Source: Blepharisma stoltei ATCC 30299
Lineage: Eukaryota; Protista; Ciliophora
Assembly: GCA_965603825.1 (NCBI GenBank)
Contig: CBFDEM010000045.1
Location: 372,001-436,000, forward strand
Length of the DNA stretch: 64,000 bases
Reading direction: 5' to 3'
A program made the translations under genes and the position numbers. Below are positions 57,625 through 64,000 of this stretch, one piece after another. Each line of letters starts with the position of its first letter. The first letter of the stretch is position 1. Below the pieces are notes generated by a model. It saw only the letters and a program-made list of their open reading frames with translations, searched no databases and had not been told where the DNA came from.

Positions 57625-60600
57625 ATGGCAAAAATATTACCAGACGAAAGCTTCAGAGATATCTTTCTCCAAGGCACGACCTCAGTTTCATATTCAAATT
57701 TCACAACAAACAAAGTTAATACAGCAAGGCAGAATCCTTGGACCTTGATTTTTCAATTTCTCTATAAACAGTTTCAGCTCTTCCCGAACATTTGATTTTT
57801 ATTTATCTCTATCTTGGAAATTCTTGATTCTTCTCATGGATGAGGCACAGTGCTTGTTTTCAGTCTTATTTTGTCAATAAATTTTGCAAAAGATGTTTAC
57901 AGGTTTTATTGGCATTATACAAATGACTGAAAAGTAAATCATAGGATAGTCTCCGTTTGAAATGGCTCAGACTTTGTGGAAAAATATTGGGAAGACCTTA
58001 TGGTAGGCGAAATCATTTTATTGAGAGATAGCGACATTGCACCAGCTGATATTCTCATTCTTGGATGTGGAAATCCAGAAGGGGAATGCTACGTTGATAC
58101 CTTTGAAGTTTTAGGTGAGCGCAATTTGAGGGTAAAAAGATCAATTAAAAGTATTCAAGCTATAATAATTTCTCTTGAAATGACTGAAGCTGCACAATAT
58201 TTAAAGAAATTAGATGAAATTATTAAAGTATCACATCCGAGGAAGAATTATAAGAAATTTAAAGGGAAAATAAACATTCGATCACCCAAGCCAGACTTGA
58301 TTTCATATAAAAATTATATTATGAGAGGGGAAATGATAGTAAACTCCTCATGAATTTTTGCAATTGTTATATACACAGGGACTGAATGCAAAATCTATAT
58401 GAATACAGTCGCAAAGCCAAAGCTGTCAAAATTTGATAAAAAATTAAACATCGTGGCTTTATGGCTTCTTTTTATTATTGCTTTATTGGTGCTTATTCAA
58501 ATGCTAGTTGGTGTTTATAAAGGAAATCAATTTTCAAACCCCACTTCTATTTTATTTATAAACGCTGTCCTTATTGTCCACCAAATAGTTCCTACAGAAT
58601 TATTCTTATGTATCGAGCTTATTAGGATTATTCAAGCTTGATTTATCCAAAGAAAATACCAGGGGATTGAATTCAAAACAGGCAGTATGAGTGAAGACTT
58701 GGGCCAAGCTGAATATATTTTAGTTGATAAGACTGGGACTTTGACTAAAAACCAGCTGTCAGTTCAAGTCTGTATTATTGGTGAAGAATTTTACTGAAAA
58801 GACCAATGTGAAGAAACTGATTATTTATATGAAGGAATGTCACCTAAGAGCGGATCGAGACTTGTCCCACCAGGCTCAAGTGACCCGCGCAGAGAACGAT
58901 TCAAATCTGAAATGCAGACTTTTTCACAGCTGAGGCTAGAATTAGCACATCATGGCTTGTGCAGCGAGCAAATGAAGAATTTTGCCTTGTGCATGGTTTT
59001 GTGTAATTATGCTTATCCTATTTCTGAGTCTGATTTTACAGCAATTTTAGAAGATGACAGGGTGTTAGTGAAATGTGCTCAAAATTTAGGCTTAAATATG
59101 ATTTTGAGGACACAGTCTACCATTGTGATTGATGTAAATGGAGTTCCTAACACTTTTAAAATTCTTGGAGCGCTGCCTTATTCCCCTGGGCAGAAAAAGA
59201 CAATGATCTTGGTGAGCAATTCAAATGTTTCTGGGTCTTTATTATTTGTAAAAGGTGAAAAAGACGAAATGCTTGATTTATTTGACTTAAGCAATGAAAT
59301 AAAATTTACAATAGAAGAAAACACATTATCCAGAAGCCTTATTGGCATGAGGACAATTATCTTTGGCTGTAAAGTCTTATCTGACCAAAAAACTGAGGAG
59401 TTTATCAGTGACTATAAAAATGCAAGATTATCACCTATTAATAAACTGGGGAGAATTGAAACAGTTTTTGAAAAATACCAAAATAATTTAAACTATTTAG
59501 GAATTGTTGGCCTTGAAGATATTGTCGCAGAAAGCACCCAAGACACTGTCCGCCTACTAACAAGAGCAGGAATCAAGTTTTGGATTCTATCAGGGGATAC
59601 TGAAGAAAGTACTTTAAGGGCAGGAGTAAGATCTGCTATGTTTGAAGAGAACGTCAGAATTATCAGGATGACTGATTTTATATCAGAATCAGAGTGTATA
59701 GAAGTCATGATCAATCATATACAAAACTGCATTTTTCATGATGAATTATCCTCAGGAGATTTAAGTGACGCTTCTTTGCTTGATCATGATAACGAAACTT
59801 TAAATAACCGTGAGCGAATCCGATCTGAGCCTTTAATAATTGGCACAAAAGATGAACAAAAATCAGTCCACAGCACAAGTGACCATAATTCAAGCAAAAT
59901 TAAAGAACAAGAACATGACCACCATGGATTCCGTGGAGTGATGCTCCCATTAATTTCAAAAAGTGCTGATATAAAGATGAGCATTTCCCTTACAAAAAAA
60001 TTTAATTATAAAGCTGTCTATTTTGTGCTGTCAATTGATAGTGAAAGTCTAGAATTTGCCTTAAAATCTGAAGAAAGCAGAAGGTACTTTGTATGTTTGC
60101 TTTTTGCAGCGCAGTCTGTATTTTTTCACTCAATTTTGCCACATCAAAAGAGAAAAATCGTTCAATTGCTGAAAAACTGTTTTCGATTTAAGCCTACTGT
60201 AATAGCGGTAGGAGACGGAAGCGATGATGTAGGGATGCTCCAAGAAGCTCATATAAGCATTTCTTTAAGGAGAAGTGATGTGACTGATGCAGAAAACGCA
60301 AGCGAAATAGTGATTGATGAGTTTGCTCAGCTTCGAGAGCTGGTTTTGTATGAAGGGCATAACTGCTATTTTAGGCTGTCAAAAGTTATATTAGGAAGTC
60401 TTTATGCGAAATTTTTTATGGCTTTTATTCAATTTTTTTATAATGTCGTTTATAGCTACTCAGGGATAAATGTTTTTGGATTTGAATTAGAGCTGGTTTA
60501 TGAGCTGATAGTAACTATTGTTCCTATATTAGGGATTGGATTATTTGATAGTCAGGTGACAGTTCGAGAAATATTGGAAATTCCTCAAGTTTATTGTACA

Positions 60601-63600
60601 GGGATTTACAATACTTTGTTAACTGCGAATATGCTAGTGATACATCCATTTATGGGATTTCTCCATGGAGTTATACTAATTTTCGTACTTTGTGGGACTG
60701 TTTCCCAAATTGTGACCTCAGATGGCTATACAATGAGTTATGATTTGCTTGGTTTTATTGGCTATATTGTAATGTATATCACTTTTTCGCTTAATTTGAT
60801 ACTCAGAACAAACAGTTGAAATGTCTATACAATTGGCTCACATATTGTTACTTTATTATTATCACTTCTATTTCTGCTTTTACTCACATATAATGAAATT
60901 CCTTCAGACGCTTTGAATGGCATGACAGAAATGATAGGCCAGAGTTCACTCGCCTGAATGATTATAATATTTCTTCCATTAATCCTATTAATGATTGGTA
61001 TTATAGCTAAGCGCATTATAAATAAAATCTACCCTGACGATATCCGAAAATTGCAAGAATTAAAAGAAAATAACATTGAGCCAGATGTAGACTCAAGACT
61101 TAAATTTTATAATACAAGATTAGGAGATGTGTATGTGGAATCACACAGCTGAAATCAACGAGTAATTCGTGATACTTTTGATATTAATAAATACACTTTA
61201 AAGTTTGTATCAAAATATAGAGAAAAAGAATACCAAGGAATCCAAACTGAATTGAATTTGGTGTTCTACAGAGTCTTGCTATTTTTAAAAGCTTGTGGCA
61301 TAGGCGCATATGTAATATATAGAATTTGTCAAGAGGAAGGAGATATGGAAAAAAAGCATTATATGTTTTTAGTTCTTATCTCAGAACTTTTATTTACGCT
61401 GATTTCGTTCACCAAAGTTTTTAGGCACTACATGAAGAAACTAATAATACTGAATTATTTATTCTGCAATATCGTCCTAGTCACAGTGTGATTTGCCACA
61501 GTTCCTTCATCACACCCCGTGTACATTATTTTCTATATGCTTGGATTTAGCATTTTTTGGCTTGAAATTGTAATTTGTGGCTTAATTTTCACGATGTCGA
61601 CTTGAATTTCTATTTGTTTTTACTTTTACTATCTTGACTATGAAAGAGATGATATTATTCTTGGCTCATTTGAATATATGATTTATTTTTTAGGCATTTA
61701 TTTAGCATCTGCATCTGTAGGCTACATTTTGGATAAAACTAAACGATCTGAATATATTATGGCTCAAAACGTTAGAGTAGAAGTGGATAAACCTTTAAGC
61801 ATTCTCAATTTATTATTACCTTCAAGTGTTTCTAGAAGGGTCAAAAATGGGGACAGATCATTCGCTGAGGACCAAGGAATTGTAAGTGTGATTTTTTGTG
61901 ACATGAATAATTTTGATACAATTGTAGCAAATTATTCCCCTCAAGAATTGACAGCTTTTCTGGACGAAGTGTTTGGGAAATTTGATAAATTATGCGAGCA
62001 ATCTGGTGTATCTAAAATAGAGACAGTTGGGAAAACCTATATGGCATGTGCAGGTCTTAGCATTTTTGAGTCAGAAATGGACCCAAATCTAACCTGTGTT
62101 TCTCATGCTAGGAGAGCTATAGAATTTGGGTTTCTTGTTATAAAAACTGCCAAAGCTATTTTTTTGAAGAATGGCGAAGAATTAAGCTTTAAAATTGGGA
62201 TAAATAGCGGCCGCGTAGTCGCTGGAGTTGTAGGAAACCATAAACCACAATTTTCTTTGATAGGAGACACTGTTAACACTTCAAGCAGAATGTGCTCCAC
62301 AAGCACTGAGCCGAATCGCATACAAATTTCTATGAGCACATATGATTTACTTGATGAAAATGATAAACAAGGCTTAAAATTCATCCCAAAAGTAGTGTGG
62401 GTAAAAGGCAAGGGTGATATGAATACATTTATGGTCAGTTTAGAAACCAAAGCAGATGGGACAAATTCACTTGAAAACTTCCAAACCCACCAGAGAAATG
62501 CGGCTGTTAATCAATCTTCACCTAATAATAATATACATACAGCAAATATGAGGAGTATAGGCGAAAATGGGTCACTAGCACAAAGCGAGGTCCATAAGCG
62601 CAGAACTTCACTTATTGATTCGTTAGATATCAGAGAAGCAAGAGAACTGTTTGATAGGTCAAATACTGATACAATAGAAAATGTTCAGATTTTTTCTTTT
62701 AGATGCAATGAGTCTGCGAAAGAAAGGGAATTCAGACTTGAGGCTATTGAAAACAAGCTACCTATGTATTTTGTCGGGCTTTACATAGGAATAATTGTGT
62801 TTATTTTATCAATTATTTTACAAATTATAGCTCTTATAATTGACAAAAAAGACTCTGATATATCTTTTATGGTAATTTCTGGAGCTGAAGCTTGCATGTT
62901 CGCTTTTATTTCATATTTTTTGAAATTTTACTACAAAAAGAGGAGATTTGCTTGGATTATGCAGGCGACTTTTATTTCTGGCCTTGTGCTGAGCAGTACA
63001 CTAATGTCATATAACGATCAGGTATATATAGATATTCAATGCATTTTTGGGATGTATTGGATCTTACTAATGACTCACACATCAGAGCTGTTTTTCCATT
63101 GAATTCTTATGGTTTCTATACTTGTTCTTACGCCTTGGGTAATTTTAGTTTTTATATTCCAGGACTCTTTCAACAAAGTTTTCATTGTTTTCGCCATATG
63201 GTACATCATCACTGCATTTTATACTCTCCATCACAAAGAAAAATCAATGAGGACCAGTTACCTTTTAATCTCAGCTGGAAAAAGCGAAATAGAAAAAACT
63301 GAGAGATTGCTAAAAAATATGATGCCTCCACATGTATATCAAAATTTAAAAGAAGAAAAAAATATCACTGAGCTTATTAAGGATGTTACTTTAATCTATG
63401 CAGATATTGTAGGGTTTACAGCTTGGTCTGCAAATCATGCCCCTGAAGAAATCGTTAGAAGGCTATCAGATTTATTTACAAGTTTTGATAGGATGTGTGA
63501 AGAGCATCACGTCTATAAGGTCCATACAATTGGAGACTGCTATGTAGCTATGGGATATAGAGAAAATAATAGAAATCCCCAGAAAGAATGCATGAATATG

Positions 63601-63966
63601 GTAAAATTTGCACACTCTATGATTGAGGTTATTGAAGAGGTTAATTATAAGTATGGGAGCGAGCTAAATATGAGAATTGGCATGCATACAGGTGATGTTA
63701 TTGGGACGATGTTTGGGACAAATATTGTGAGATATGATATTTATGGGTCTGATGTGCTGATCGCGAATAAAATGGAAAGCAATGGAGAAGCAGGGAAAAT
63801 TGTTGTAAGTGAAGATACTAAAATACTTATTGAAACTTATAAGCCTGGGAAGTACCAATTCAGCTTTTTAAAAGAAATTCCGCTACAATCTCTGGAGAGG
63901 ACTATAAAAGCTTTTATGTTGCTCGATATTTCTGGAGATTTAGACACAAGTTTAAGATTTCATTAA
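57625..63966 (+). CDS. P4-ATPase-like domain fused to a 2x(TM-cyclase) guanylyl cyclase, 2113 aa
   Basis: Seven ORF fragments in one frame with 13 TGA and no TAA/TAG. Motifs APADILIL, IYTG, EDLGQAEYILVDKTGTLT, FWILSGD, AVGDGSDDVGMLQEAH; C1 KIETVGKTYMAC..FSLIGDTVNTSSRM; C2 YADIVGFT..KVHTIGDCY..YDIYGSDVLIANKMES. Confidence 0.95.
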
Positions 63967-64000
63967 TGCTATTTTAATATAAGAACCAAATTAAAGAATA

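Noticed and set aside
196-63858. Many antisense or alternate-frame ORFs in the track (e.g. 196..576, 6313..6786, 27291..27740, 47999..48502, 62103..62450)
   Set aside because: They are shadows of well-supported genes on the opposite strand or frame and contain no recognisable motifs.

Overview
Gene-dense, AT-rich eukaryotic DNA that reads as the macronuclear genome of a heterotrich ciliate, most likely Blepharisma. Two things in the sequence support this. (i) TGA falls in frame at conserved Trp positions (Rab WDTAGQ, TPS WIHDYHL, kinase DYW, and TGG/TGA swaps between two paralogs), and every gene I assembled ends in TAA or TAG. (ii) Twelve spliceosomal introns are only 15-16 nt long (GTA...A....AG). 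With TGA=Trp and these introns removed, the fragmented ORF track collapses into about 35 genes. These include two PMCA-type Ca2+ ATPases, Rab GDI, CBM20-TPS/TPP, a COMM protein, Tim44, a Ubl-ankyrin-PH-AGC kinase, a dual-specificity phosphatase, GH47 mannosidase, SAS6-like, a Rab, CaMK, an HMG box protein, a MARK/AMPK-like kinase, RPL24, MetAP2, a glutaredoxin, a neutral sphingomyelinase-like enzyme, a HECT E3, PKG and a 2113-aa P4-ATPase-guanylyl cyclase fusion. The 39.4-46.2 kb interval is unstable or accessory. It holds a doubly frameshifted DOMON gene, a ~310-nt non-coding segment that folds into a large multi-branched structure matching no RNA class I can recognise, a Kelch gene, a WD40/channel pseudogene fragment, and a recent ~320-bp near-identical duplication that creates a chimeric Zn-finger/TRP-like channel ORF. 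All calls were made by eye without database searches.
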